A stretch of 64,000 bases of DNA from Callorhinchus milii (lineage: Eukaryota), in the NCBI RefSeq assembly GCF_018977255.1, contig NW_024704743.1, forward strand, positions 48,610,001 through 48,674,000. Reading direction: 5' to 3'. The notes beneath the pieces were generated by a model. It saw only the letters and a list, made by a program, of their open reading frames with translations, was not told where the DNA came from and did no database searches. How positions within the stretch are numbered: the stretch's first letter is position 1; the number at the start of each line of letters is the position of its first letter. The translations under genes and the position numbers were made by a program. Shown piece by piece: positions 13,100 to 25,890 of this stretch.

Positions 13100-14020
13100 T
13101 GCAATGAGAGCTCTCTTTTCCTCCTTACAGTCCTCGACCTCTCACATTCTTTCGATACTGTCAATCACGCCATCCTTCTCCACGTCTCTTCTCTAGCTCT
13201 ACGTTCTGTCCATTCCTGGTTTCACTCTTACTTATCGTCATTTCATCTCTTCCAATGGCTTCTCCTCCCAAATCCACAAATCACGTTCCTCAAGGCTCTA
13301 CTCTAGGTCCTCTCCTTTTCATCATCAATATGCTCCTCATCATCTTGAGGCATACAGTCCACTTCCACATGTACACAGATGACACCCAACTCTTATCTCT
13401 CTGCCTCTACCCTCAATTCCTGGACTGTTTGATCCTGGAGGAGCTTTAACTGTCTTCAGCTAAATGTCAACAAGACTGAGGCTCTCCTCAGGGGCTGATT
13501 GCATCAGTTTGTCCTCACAAAATCAGTCAAAAACCTGCTTTGACCCCCAACTATCCTTTACACCCTACATTTGGTCTCTCACTCACTCAGCTTTACTTCT
13601 CCCCACAGATTGCGAGACCATCATCCACGTCTTCATATCCAGGCTTGATTATTCCTTCGTCCTGCTCCTGCTACTCCATTCATAAACTGCAAAACATCCA
13701 GAACTGTGTCCTCTCCAGCACTAGGCTCCACAAGTCAATCACCCTCATCTCACGCAGCTCCGCTGGTTCCCCATCCCCAAGCAGGACAAATTCAAGATTC
13801 TTATGCTCACATTCAAATCTCTCCACCCTCTGTCTCTGATTTCCCTACTGCTCTGGTGATCAACAAATACCAGCTTCATATCCCCCGTATGATCCACCCC
13901 ACCATCAGTGGGTGTCAGCTATTCTGCCTCATTCTCTAGAACTCCATTCTGTAATGTCTATGCCTCACCCTTTGCTCCCCGGCTTCAAAACACACCTTAA
14001 GATCTTTCTTTTTAGACCCC
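13100..14020 (+). mobile_element. L2 fragment, decayed
   Basis: VPQGSTLGPLLF, HMYTDDTQL, SRLDYS. Confidence 0.85.
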
Positions 14021-16529
14021 TCCAAACCCTTTCCCCCCCCACACCAAAATAGTCACTAGTTAGTTATTGGGCACCTGAAGAATCCAGGTTTCAATCCTTT
14101 CTGTGTGGATAGCAGTTAACTAGAACCCCTTATGAGCCACTTGGTAAGAAGTATGAGTTCACAATTCAGTATGAAATGTTGGAGAGCACAACCAACATCA
14201 CCCTGCCCACAACACACTACCCGTTGAGCAATGGTTCCACCAGTTGGAAGTGTGGAGCTTTAGCAGCAACTGTTTATTTATTTGCATATCTGTCAATGTG
14301 GGTAACAAGCCCTGAGTGTTGAATGTAAAAGTTCACAAATTCAGTTTTCGGGTAACACGTTCCAGCAACTGTCACCTGAAGTTTCTGAGTTTCCTCAGCA
14401 GCTATATTTCTGCTTTCAGCATGGTGGGAGAACCTTTACAAGACAACTTGCAAAAAAAAAGTGTAATAAGGATATGGAATAAGTTATCAGGGAAGAAGAT
14501 TGGAGGTTAAAGTAGGGTTATATTTGAGTGCTGGGAAGACTGGGGCACAGGATACAATCCTACTCACCTCTACACATTGGCCAATATATAATCACTCTAC
14601 TAAAAAGGTGTTGTATGACATTCCAAAAGATCACCTTAAGCTTATTATCGAACCAGCCCTACAATATTGGATCTCTCTCTTTACTGTCGCCAGTTGCTCC
14701 AAAATGCTTGGGCTTCTTTCCAACCACAGCCAGATGATGCATTTCATCATGTGAGCAGAATCAATAGATTGTAGTAAAAACAATAATTCACACAAGTCTA
14801 CGTGCGAAAAGGGTAGGAACATTCATTACATCTCTTGTTTTGCAGGAAACAAAAATCTCAACATGTTGGCATGAGGTGGCTAAATATTAAGTGTAAAAAC
14901 ACAACCAATCATTAGTGCAGTATATTATAAAATATACCAGGTATTTTGTGCCACTTATAAATCCGAGTACCAAACTGGAGGAATTATCACATTCTGAGCC
15001 CATAGTGGCTCTTATATTGAATCTAAAACTACAAAAGATTTGAGGAATCCGCGATCCACCCACATGTAAATGCCTTACCACAAGTACTGCAACATCATCA
15101 GATTTTCAGATATTGCAACAACAACAATTTACATTTGTATAGCGTCTTTCAGAAAACACCATTAGAATATTATTTTTGCGATCTCTGCGCCTAAGCAAAT
15201 AATGGTAGCAGAGGTTGGGAAATGCTCCTAGCCTTTTTCTTCTCCCATTTTTTGGGTACCAAAAATCACACAAGTACATTTCTAATTGTGAATGCATGTG
15301 CATGAATGTCTGACTCCATTGCAATATTTATGCAATGACTTCAATATATCCAAGTATGTACAGAATGTTATCAGGTCCAATGTAATTTTTCATTATGAAA
15401 AATAATGAAATCTGTATATGAGATCAAAATCCAGATACGGTTTGGGTAATTTCAATGCTGGAAAAACAGGTCTGAAATGTTGCTTCCAGAAGTGTGCTTG
15501 CCTCCAAAGGCAAGGTGATAATGAAACAACATAAATGTGGAACACAAATCTCAGAAAATGCAGGATAAACAAATGATATATAATCTACATAATTATTCTG
15601 GGACAATTCTTTCAGGAATAAATTAAGGCACGAGTCACAATATCGAACTTTCAAACCTAATTTACACTTACACAGAAACATTGTTTTCCCATTGCAGCCT
15701 TTACTAGCATAAAACAATGAATCATCATTAAGAGTTAATGAATGACTATAAACTTCAAGTAAAGATAGTATTAAATTATAATGTGATTCTTTGGAATTCA
15801 GAACATCTTCTTCTGTTTACAGTGCTTAAATTTAGAGTTTAAACTGAGACAATGTAAACACACTTCCCTCCCACTCCCATTGTCTCCTTTATTTCTCTCT
15901 TGTGGAGACACTGTCTCATGGTTGTGTATGCTCATTCTTTATTTGTGGATCTGGACAGAAAAGGTGAGCCATTTAACTATTTATCTCATTGCTGTTTATG
16001 GAATATTGCTGGCACAGATAAACTGCTGTGTTTCCCATATAGCATCTCTTTCACTTCAAACAATTTTATTCTGTAAAGAACTTTGTGATATTTATTTTAT
16101 CTGAAATAAAATGCAAGTTATCATCATCTCTAACAATGAGCATCAACGAACTGTGTCTGCACATATCAAGGATCAACTTTGTTGAGAACAGTGCATTTTA
16201 ATAACTGTTAACCCAATAACAATATTTATAAGCAGAGCAAAAGCTGAATTAAACAAAAATTTGATTAAACAGTTGCCTCCAAACTGGCAGATCACCAAAA
16301 TATTATAAATGACCATTTCAAACTCTAACCAAGCACTCCCATTTTCATAAATCCAAAAAGCAAAAATGAATTCTAAAATGTAATGTGAACTTAGGCCACA
16401 GGAAACAGTCAAATCATTGCTAACCAAATTGTTAATGCTATAAATTAAAGGTACAGAAAACTAAATGTATTTTATATAAAAATAAAGAAGCAAACAAGCA
16501 AACAGTACTTTGGGAACTTGTTTTGACAG

Positions 16530-16890
16530 CTTGGCTCAGCTGGTAGCACTCAAGGTTGTGGGTTCAAGCCCACATCAGGACTTTGGACTCACAGTCTAGG
16601 CTGAAACTCTAATATAATGATCCGGGTTCCCTGCATTGCATCGTCCTTCAGGTGAGATGTTAAATCGAAGTCCAGTCTGCCTGTTCAGGTGGACATTAAA
16701 GATCCCATCGTACTATATGAAAGAGAAGGGAGATTCTCCTGGAGATTGACCTTGTCAATGGCTGTTTGTGAGACATTGTGGTATTCATGTTCGCCTAAAA
16801 AATACTGTCACTACACTGTACAGTTGATTGCTGTGAAATGTTTGAGATGTCCCATTATGAAAGATGCTACATCAAGTTCAAAGATTATCA
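16530..16890 (+). mobile_element. Old DeuSINE-like element (similar copies near 5880-6180, 17690-18035, 20250-20460 and 32130-32430)
   Basis: tRNA-like head, then CTTCAG.TGAGATGTTAAA.CGA.G.CC..TCTGCCTGTTCAGGTGGACATTAAAGATCCCAT, which is Deu-domain-like. Confidence 0.7.
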
Positions 16891-17179
16891 TTAGCTTTCC
16901 CCATAAATACAGATAAAATAGAACCATGCAATTTGGCTTATTTACCTACTCAGAGAAGGCACTGCATAAATATTTCTCAAGTTCAAAAAATTGGACAACG
17001 TCTACATTTTGAAGATCATTTTGTCTCAAAGATCAGAATATTTAAAGATATTTCTGAACTGATAGCTTAAATTAAAAGGACAAACCACCTAAAAAAAAAG
17101 GCACCTGCAGTCCAGGTTCCTGAACCAGTATGGTCAGATCTTGGTTTCAGGGCATAGATGGAATACCATGTTAATCACA

Positions 17180-17560
17180 TCTAGGTCCGACTACGCCAAC
17201 TTCCTGCTTATTAGCCTTCCAACTCTTCCCTCCACGAGCTGCGGATCATCTAAACTCTGCAGCTCATGTCCTCTCCTGCACCAGGCTCCGTGACCCCATC
17301 ACCCCCACCCTCACCCGGCTTCATTGGTTCCCCATCCCTCAGAGAATAGAGTTCAAAATTCTCGTCCTCACCTTCAACGCTCTCCAGAGCCTTGCTCCTT
17401 CCTACCTCTGTGACCTGATAACCCTTTATTAACTTGTCTGCTCCCTCCACTCAGCAGGCTCCAGCCTGCTGCACATCCCCCATCTCAGTTGCCTCACCAT
17501 CAGCAGTTGGGCCTTCAGCCTCTATGCCCCACCCTTTGGAAAACCATGCCACTTTCCGTT
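17180..17560 (+). mobile_element. L2 fragment
   Basis: Nucleotide match to the other L2 3' regions in the window (CCGGCTTCATTGGTTCCCC..AGAATAGAGTTCAAAATTCTCGTCCTC). Confidence 0.8.
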
Positions 17561-18876
17561 CGGAAAAAAACTCTTGAGGATGGGAGTGATAAGCTTATGA
17601 AGCCTCGTATGAGAGAAACTTCTAGAGTAAAGGTACCACCTGACCTGCTGGAGAAAAGATCCTATATTTTTATAGTACGTTGTATGTCAAAGTACTTCAC
17701 AGTATTATTGTCAAATACAGTGACTTTGTACATAGGCAATCACGGCAATCCCTTTGCACATCGCAAGGTCCCATAAATAGCCATGAATTGAATAACCAAT
17801 TTATCTAGAAGATTTTTGACAAAGACATCAGAAGAAACTCTTCTCTATTCAAATAGAAAAGCATCCACCTGAACGGCAGATGAGCCCTCAGTTGAACATT
17901 TATCCAAAAGACAGCACCTATGACAATGTAGTGCTTCTCCAGTAATGCCCTGGATTGTAAGCCTGAACTAAAGTCCAAGTGCTTGAACCTTAAAACCTTT
18001 TGACAAAGATGTGGCAATGTGACTAACTGAGCCAGACCGGTCCCTAAGCCATACAATCTAGAAAGTTTCAGGTCAAATTTTATTTGAAAATGAATCAGAG
18101 GAATAGGAGAGTTCCCAGGTATATAACGTGTGTCACACAAAATGCTACAATATCAATACCCAGACTTGCATCACACACAGTAATCAATTTAAGATTATGT
18201 CACATCAGAAACCTGAATTTACAGATCAAGGATTACAGATCAAGCTCCTGCTGAGCTGTGCATTTCTTAGCTAATTTTGCATGCAACTTGAAGGCGAAGA
18301 GCAGTTTGAATGAAGTTTAAACTGAATACTTTGTCCAAAACATTCAATTAACAGTAATCAGATTGGAGAATCAGCCGTCGACCACGAGCTTAACTTAGCA
18401 AAAATTCAATCAGATAACAGTGGGCAGAGGCAGTTAAGTAGATTCCTTGTTAAAATGTTTACAACAACTTGCATTTGTACAGTTCCCTTTGCATAGTTGT
18501 GTTGAGCACTTTACAGAGACACAGTCAAAGAGAAAGGTTTTTAGATTACTTTTAAAAACAGAGAGGGAGATCACGCCATCCTCCTCAACCATCTTGCCTC
18601 CCTCATCCACCTCAGTGGGATCACACTCATCTCGTTTAAGTCCTACTTAACCATGGTCTCATCCTTGCATTTGATATAGTGCCTTATCAAGTTATTGAGA
18701 TGTCTCAAACCTCTGCACAGAATATACTGTAAAGTGGATTGACTGTATTTTGTGGATGAAACATGCAACCAGTTGCGCAAAGCAATATTCCACAAACAGC
18801 CATGGAGTGACCAATTTTGGTTTGGGAGATTGTTGATCATGACACTAGGAGAAACTCCTCTTTTCAAATAAGTAGG

Positions 18877-19178
18877 GGAGTCCTGTAGCTCAGTGGTTAG
18901 ACTACTCGCCTCACAAGCAAGAGACCTGGGTTCGATTCAGGGCAAAACCTTGGGCAAGTTTCCTCACTCCACACGCCTGATAATAAACCCTCCAGAAAAA
19001 AAAACAATTATAATTTGGTCACTCAATGCACGACTGTTTGTGGGACACTGCTGTGCGCAACTGGCTGCCGCATTTCACCCACAAATATACGGTCAATTCA
19101 CTTTGCAGTATATTCTGTGAAGTACTTTGAAACGTCTAGAAGACATGAAAAGGGCTATATCAAATGCAAGGATTATTA
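18877..19178 (+). mobile_element. tRNA-derived SINE inserted in an older minus-strand DeuSINE-like element (~18660-19410)
   Basis: A/B-box head, CTGTTTGTGGGACA.TGCTGTGCGCAA central block and (ATT)n tail; older SINE halves on both sides. Confidence 0.85.
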
Positions 19179-22014
19179 TTTATTATTGTTATAATAATGC
19201 CATGGAACCTTTCACAGCCATCTGAGCAGGTAGATGGGATCTCGATTTAACGTCTGATCCAAATGACAGCACCTCCGACAATGTAAAACACCCCCCAGCA
19301 CGACATTGAAGTGTTATCTTAGACTATGTGATTCCAAATCCCGATGTGGGGCTTGAACCCACAACCTTCTGCCTGAGGCGAAGGTGCTACCACTGGGCCT
19401 GGCTGACACACAGATCATCACCTCTGGAAAGCGATCAACCAATCGAGTAACAACCGGGTTCCTACTTACTGCGAGGTAAACAGAGGCATTTGGAATAAGG
19501 AAACTTGCTCAAGAATTCGCACCCCCCTCACCTCAACACCCCCCCGGGAATTGAGTCTGGGTCCTCTCGGTTGTGAGGCGACCGAACTAACCACTACGCT
19601 ACGGGACTCCTTGACAAGCAGAAGAATGAGGCTGAAGACATAAGACATAAAGGAATTGTAGGTGAGACATCCCATGAAAGAGAGGTAAGCACAAGGTAAT
19701 TGGTTTATAAAGTTTCATGCACGTAAGCATGAGCTGGAGAGGTCTGAGCGGTGGGCATTTGAGAAGCCAATCTTGTAGGTGACAAAGCCATGAATGGGGA
19801 GTATAACAGCATGCTGCCTACCACAGAATTTCAGACTTACGTTTTAATAAACAGATTATCCTGACAAAGAGTACATGTGGTCTCTGCAGCTCAAAGTCTA
19901 TTTAACTTTTCCAGGAACATAAACATATTTCTGTAAACAGTGATGTGGAGGCAGCAGGTTAAAACTAGTTGGCTTTAAACTAGTTTGAGGCTTATGTTGT
20001 AATCATATTAAAGATGTTTGGAGTGCATTGCTGGCAGATGTTTCATGAATAGATAGTCTTGTAGTGCTTGTCTTGTGGTACTGCTCTAATCAGTTTTGAT
20101 CAGGATTGGCTGATAAACTGAAGAAACAAGTTCCATGTTTATAGTGTCTTGTCATGTCAAAACTATTTGAGCCACTTTACCATAATTCCAGTCAAATGCA
20201 GCATTTTGTAGGCAAACGTGACAGACATTGTGCACACAGTGAATGTGGCAGTCAATTTGCACATAGCAAACGCAGCAGCCATTTTGTAAATAGCAAGGTC
20301 GCACGGTAGCAATGTGGTGAATGAACATTTTTCGGAGGATTGTTGGTCAAAACTCCCTTCTTTTTTGAATAGTATCACAGGATATTTAACATCCAACTGA
20401 ATACTGGATCCTGGTTTCATCTGAAAGATGATATTTCTAACAAAACAGGACTCCTCCAGCACCGCAAGATCATCAGCATAGACTAAGACCACATGCCCCC
20501 AGAATGCTGCAATTTGAACTAATGTTTGTATTAACGACTTTCAAAAGTATGTTCTTGTTACAGATTTCACCAGGAGCAGATGTGGTCAGATTATTTTATG
20601 GCAAAAACCACACGCGTCCATTCTGGGAACTTGCTGGAAGAGGGGTTGATGAGAAAATGAGTGAAGAATTCCGCAAATTCATTGTCCAATCAAGTGTTCC
20701 TCATAGGAAAAAAANTTACTTGTGCTCTAAAAACTTAATTCATTTTTAAGGTCAGCACTATTATGTTATTTTGAATACCAGCAACACCCCTAATATCTCA
20801 GTGGATAAACGAATCACCTGAGACCATAAAAAAATCTTTAAAATTGAAATCACAGAAGGTTGTAAGTCAGGAAGATACAGATATATGGCCCATCATGTTT
20901 GTGCTGGTTCTAGCAACCCCACTGAAGCCAGCTAATTGCACTGATCCCATTCCCCTATTCTTTTGCATAAACCTTTAATACTATTTTTCCTTACCATAGC
21001 CCAGACACAGCCAGTACTGCCATTACGCCCCAAAACTATGGAACACTCGTACTCTATCCCTCGGCCTTGCCCCTTCGTTCCCCATCTTCAGGTCATGCTT
21101 GAAGACTTTCCTATTTGATTGTACATATTTGAGGTTACCTCCCCCGGCTCGGCATCATGTTCCGCCACTGTCAAGCACTCTAGGACACTACCCTGCACGA
21201 GGGGCGCTATATAAATGCAAGTTGTTGTTGGTTCCTTAAGTATTTTTCCAATTCCTAGTTAATTGCTTCGAATGACTCAGCTAAAGCAAAGGCATTCCAT
21301 GTGCTAACCTTCCGTAAAAAAAATCTAACTTCCCTTTTTCTTCTGGTAACGCTATAATTTTCAATTTATACCCTTATTACTGTGGATTAATCAATGGAAT
21401 TACTCCACAGTAATCAATGGAAATAGTTTCTCTATCCTATCAAAAACATTTTTTTAAAAATGTATTAGATCCCTCTTAACTTTCTCTATTCTCCACATAT
21501 CTACTGCATGAACTTTTATCTACTCTGACATTATACAGGACAGGTTTGGAATTGCTATGTTTTCATAGATCCTGTTCTTTAGATTTAGATGTTAAACCAG
21601 GGTTCTGTCTGTCCGTTGAAGTAGACATTAAAGAGCCCATGACACTATTTGAAAATAACTTCTCCCAGTGTCCTGATCAACAATCCCCAGACAAAATTAG
21701 GCATTCACTTCATAGCTGTTCATTGGATATTCTGTGAAGCACTATTATCATCATTAGTGGTCAGCTGCACAGTATTAACTGGCTAAACTCCAGCAGCATT
21801 CATCTTATTATAATAACAATCCTCGCATTGATATAGCGCCTCATCACATCTTTGAGACATCTCAAACCACTTCACAAGATATACTGTACAGTACATTGAC
21901 TGTATGTTTTGTGGGCAAAACGCAGCAGCCAATTGCGGTTAGTTACTGAGGTTAGTTCCTCAAGGAGAAAATGTTGCCCAAATGAGTGTGAAGCGCACTG
22001 GACATAGTAACATG

Positions 22015-22928
22015 TCAGTGTGGGAGCTCTCTCTATTTCTCTGCCCAGCCAGTTAGTGTGGGAGCTCTTTATCTCTCTCTGCCCAGCCAGTGTGGCATCT
22101 CTCTCTCTCTCTCTGCCCAGCCAGTGTGGCATCTCTCTCTCTCTCTCTGCCCAGCCAGTGTGGCATCTCTCTCTCTCTCTCTTCCCAGCCAGTGTGGCAT
22201 CTCTCTCTCTCTCTCTGCCCAGCCAGTGTGGCAGCTCTCTCTCTCTCTCTGCCCAGCCAGTGTGGCAGCTCTCTCTCTCTCTCTCTGCCCAGCCAGTGTA
22301 GCAGCTCTCTCTCTCTCTCTGCCCAGACAGTCAGTGTGAGAGCTCTGTCTATCTCTGTGCCCAGACAGTCAGTGTGAGAGCTCTGTCTATCCCTGTGCCT
22401 AGACAGTCAGTGTGAGAGCTCTGTCTATCTCTGTGCCCAGACAGTCAGTGTGAGAGCTCTGTCTATCTCTGTGCCCAGACAGTCAGTGTGAGAGCTCTGT
22501 CTATCTCTGTGCCCAGACAGTCAGTGTGAGAGCTCTGTCTATCTCTGTGCCCAGACAGTCAGTGTGAGAGCTCTGTCTATCTCTGTGCCCAGACAGTCAG
22601 TGTGAGAGCTCTGTCTATCTCTGTGCCCAGACAGTCAGTGTGAGAGCTCTGTCTATCTCTGTGCCCAGACAGTCAGTGTGAGAGCTCTGTCTATCTCTGT
22701 GCCCAGACAGTCAGTGAGAGCTCTGTCTATCTCTGTGCCCAGACAGTCAGTGTGAGAGCTCTGTCTATCCCTGTGCCCAGACAGTCAGTGAGAGAGCTCT
22801 GTCTATCCCTGTGCCCAGACAGTCAGTGTGAGAGCTCTGTCTATCCCTGTGCCCAGACAGTCAGTGTGAGAGCTCTGTCTATCCCTGTGCCCAGACAGTC
22901 AGTGTGAGAGCTCTGTCTACCTCTGTGT
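22015..22928. repeat. Compound minisatellite: ~34-bp (CT)n-containing units, then ~16 copies of a 38-bp unit
   Basis: GCCCAGCCAGTGTGGCA(TC)n units to 22320, then GCCCAGACAGTCAGTGTGAGAGCTCTGTCTATCTCTGT repeated from 22321. Confidence 0.97.
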
Positions 22929-22969
22929 CTGCAGCTGCGCTCACTCAGTGGGGATCAAACAAACCTTAC

Positions 22970-23180
22970 CTCTCAGCAGAAGAACATTTAAGAATCTCCT
23001 CCTGTTATTTCCTCCAGACGTCGGCTACCTTCAGTTTGCACGCTCAGAAATGAATTATTTTCACTCCTCCTTTTGCTGATGAGAGATTAGTGTCGACATC
23101 ACGCAGTGGTGAATCGCTGCTTAAAGCTGTGATGTGGGCAGACCTCGCTGCACGGCTCAGTTAGAATCCGCCCCCAGATC
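22970..23180 (-). other. SNX10: Putative SNX10 non-coding first exon and promoter (5' limit approximate)
   Basis: Strong donor GAG|GTAAGG at 22969, local CpG enrichment and a GC box (CCGCCC ~23168) in non-repetitive sequence. Confidence 0.5.
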
Positions 23181-23924
23181 CAATGCAAATTCTGCACCGC
23201 CCTCTCCATCTGTCCTGTAAGAGTGAGTGGCTGTCAGTCTTGTCCTCTGTGATGAGGAGAAGACTGTCTGGCACCCTTACAGCACATACTTCATTAGAAG
23301 CATCCAACTTCCAAGCATCTTATATCTTGCGGTCATTTTCGCCCGCAAAATACACCCATCAATCCACTTTACAGTATATTTTGTGAAGCGCTTTGAAACT
23401 TCTTGGTGAAGTGATAAGGCGCTATATCGAATACAAGGATTATATTATATCTTTCTTTTAAAAAATATTGGTTGGTTGCAACATCTCATTTTCCCATCTA
23501 TTGTGTTTGCTTATTTGGTCATGGAATGTTGCTCAATGCCACGTTAGTCACAATTTCCGATCAAGGCTATTGCATAAATAAATTTCCAGAATTAACCCCA
23601 CACACTGCACATATGAGAAGTGAGCCGAAAGTGGGCTTTGCATTCTTGTTCCTACAGGCACTTTTGGTTTCATTTTTATGAAATGACATAATTTGTGATT
23701 TTCTTGTCAGCGATGCAATAAGTTGCATTTATATGGTGCCCTTCACACAGGATAACGTTTCAGAAGGTTCTGCAGGAATGCAACAAAGAAGGGGAAGGAG
23801 GAGGTAACCATTGGGGCAGTCGAATTGTTAGGTTTTGAGATGGGATTCAAAGGTAGCTAGAGGTTGTAAGGCAGAGGATTGAGGCAGGGAGTTCCAGCGG
23901 TTAGAGGTGCAATGTCTGAAGGCA

Positions 23925-24250
23925 CAGCAACTAACCGTCACGTGCATAAGCAGCGGGTGCAAATGGGGGGGGGGGGTACAGACAAAGGCTCCATGCCAAT
24001 GTCAAAAATGGCCGCCTCCCTTCCCTCTTCCTCATTGTGCAGACTCCAAGGTCCATCGGGGTCTGTGAAGTGAAGAGGGTGGAGCCAGCCATCTTTAATA
24101 ATGACACGGAGCCTGTCCGGTGAAGAGGAGGAAGGGGGAAAGCTGCCATCTATCTACAGCTCACCTCCTTTTAAAGATAAATTTGGAGGCGTCATCCTGA
24201 GCTCCCTCAAGCCCTAATAACCTGCTACCAATAATGGCACGGAAGGATTA
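23925..24250. mobile_element. Putative palindromic non-autonomous DNA element
   Basis: AAATGGCCGCCTCCCTTCCCTCTTCCTCA (~24006) is mirrored by TGAAGAGGAGGAAGGGGGAAAGCTGCCATCT (~24121); weaker outer symmetry. Confidence 0.4.
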
Positions 24251-25890
24251 ACAATATCAAAACCATGCATGTACATAGTGCCTTTCACATAATAATAATT
24301 CTAAAGTTTTGCTCTGCCGGGGAATCAAACCCAGGTCTTCTTGCTTGCGAGGTGAGTGCTCTAACCACTGAGCGACAGGACTCCAAGAATGAGTAAGTTA
24401 GTGGGTGGGTGAGAAGGTAGGTAGTTGCCCGACTAGATGGAGGGATTTAGGGAAGTAGTTCCAGAGTTTAGGGGCATAGTGGTTGAAGGATCAGCTGCCA
24501 ATTTTGAGGTGGAAAGGGCCAGGATTGCGCAGCAGGTTTAGGTTTGCCAAGCTGAGGGGATAAATAGGACAGTGAGACTGGAGAAGATTAGATGTTAGGG
24601 CAAGGATGTCTAGAGATTAGTAGATGAGAGTGAGGATTTTGAAGTTGATCAGCTGGAAGACAAGAAGGCAGTGAAACCTGGTGAGGAACAAGGGTGATGG
24701 ACTGCTGTCATTCCTGGAGCTTTCAGCAGAGGAGAGGTGACAATTCAGGAAAAGAGATTTTCACTGCTGCTTGTGCTAAATATTTACACAAAATATGTCT
24801 TCTCTGTATTAATCTTTGTTTTTTTCATTAAAAACTCAAGTAAAATCAAATTTTTTGGCAAAAATATTAGAAAATATTTTAGAAATGACATAATTGATTG
24901 ACAAGCAGTTAAACAAACATTCATTTGATATTAAATATTGCATTTGTTTTGTATTATTTTGTATGTGATATTTACCATATGGTACTGTACTAATCCACAC
25001 AAAAAAANCTTAGATTTGATGTATGGCTATGTTGATTTTGTTAACCTTAATGAGGCAGCAATAGGAACACAATTAACATTGTTCCTAGACTGGGAAAGAA
25101 AAATAACTGCTAGTTAATAATAATAAATCATGTATTCACATCTTCGAGTCGTCTCACCTCAAAGCACATCATAAAATATACTGTAAAGTAAATTGACTGT
25201 ATATTTCGTAAGCGAAACGCGGCAGCCAATCGCCCACAGCAGTGTCCCACAAACAGTTGTGGATTAAGTGATCAAATTATCATTTATTTGATGACAATAT
25301 GCAGGAAATTATGATGTATAAAGGTTAGATTCAGACAGGTTGAGATTGACTGTGAGCTCCACCCATTTTCTTTGGTTAGCCAGTCATCTGATGTAGAAAC
25401 CCATCATTATGTGTAAGTGTCTCCAAATGAAACTGTTGAATACCACATAAAATGGAAATTTCTATTTGTTGGAATGCGGTGCATGGAAGGATGTACAATT
25501 AATCCCAAAATATATTAGACACACGTTGGCAAGAGCCAAGGCTTGGGGACCTCATAGTATGTACTGAGGTACTGCTGGAGTTTAACCAGGTAATACTATG
25601 CTGCTTGCCATTTCAAACACTAAAGACTCCCACTGCCTATTCAGTTCAGAACACCCTACCTGTTAGGGTTAACAGGAACTAAATGGGAAGAATCCCAACC
25701 CCCAGTGTCAGGTCTTACCCTCCAAGCCTGCTGGCTGGCTCATCATTAACAGTCCTTTGGAGTACTGTGGATCTGCCTGGCTCAGGAACTGGACTACTGA
25801 TACTGTCACAGAGGATCTTTTGATTCCAATATTCCCTTGCCATGCACATCACTTTGGAGTCAACTCAACCCCCGAAGAGACCACACCTTA

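Noticed and set aside
20716..20716. Single ambiguous bases (also near 25008 and 30671)
   Set aside because: Each follows a poly(A) run; these are sequencing or assembly ambiguities.
22015..22928. Regularly spaced repeats resembling a CRISPR array, and ORFs 22020-22377
   Set aside because: The units are contiguous with no unique spacers, there are no cas genes and the context is vertebrate; the ORFs are translations of the repeat.
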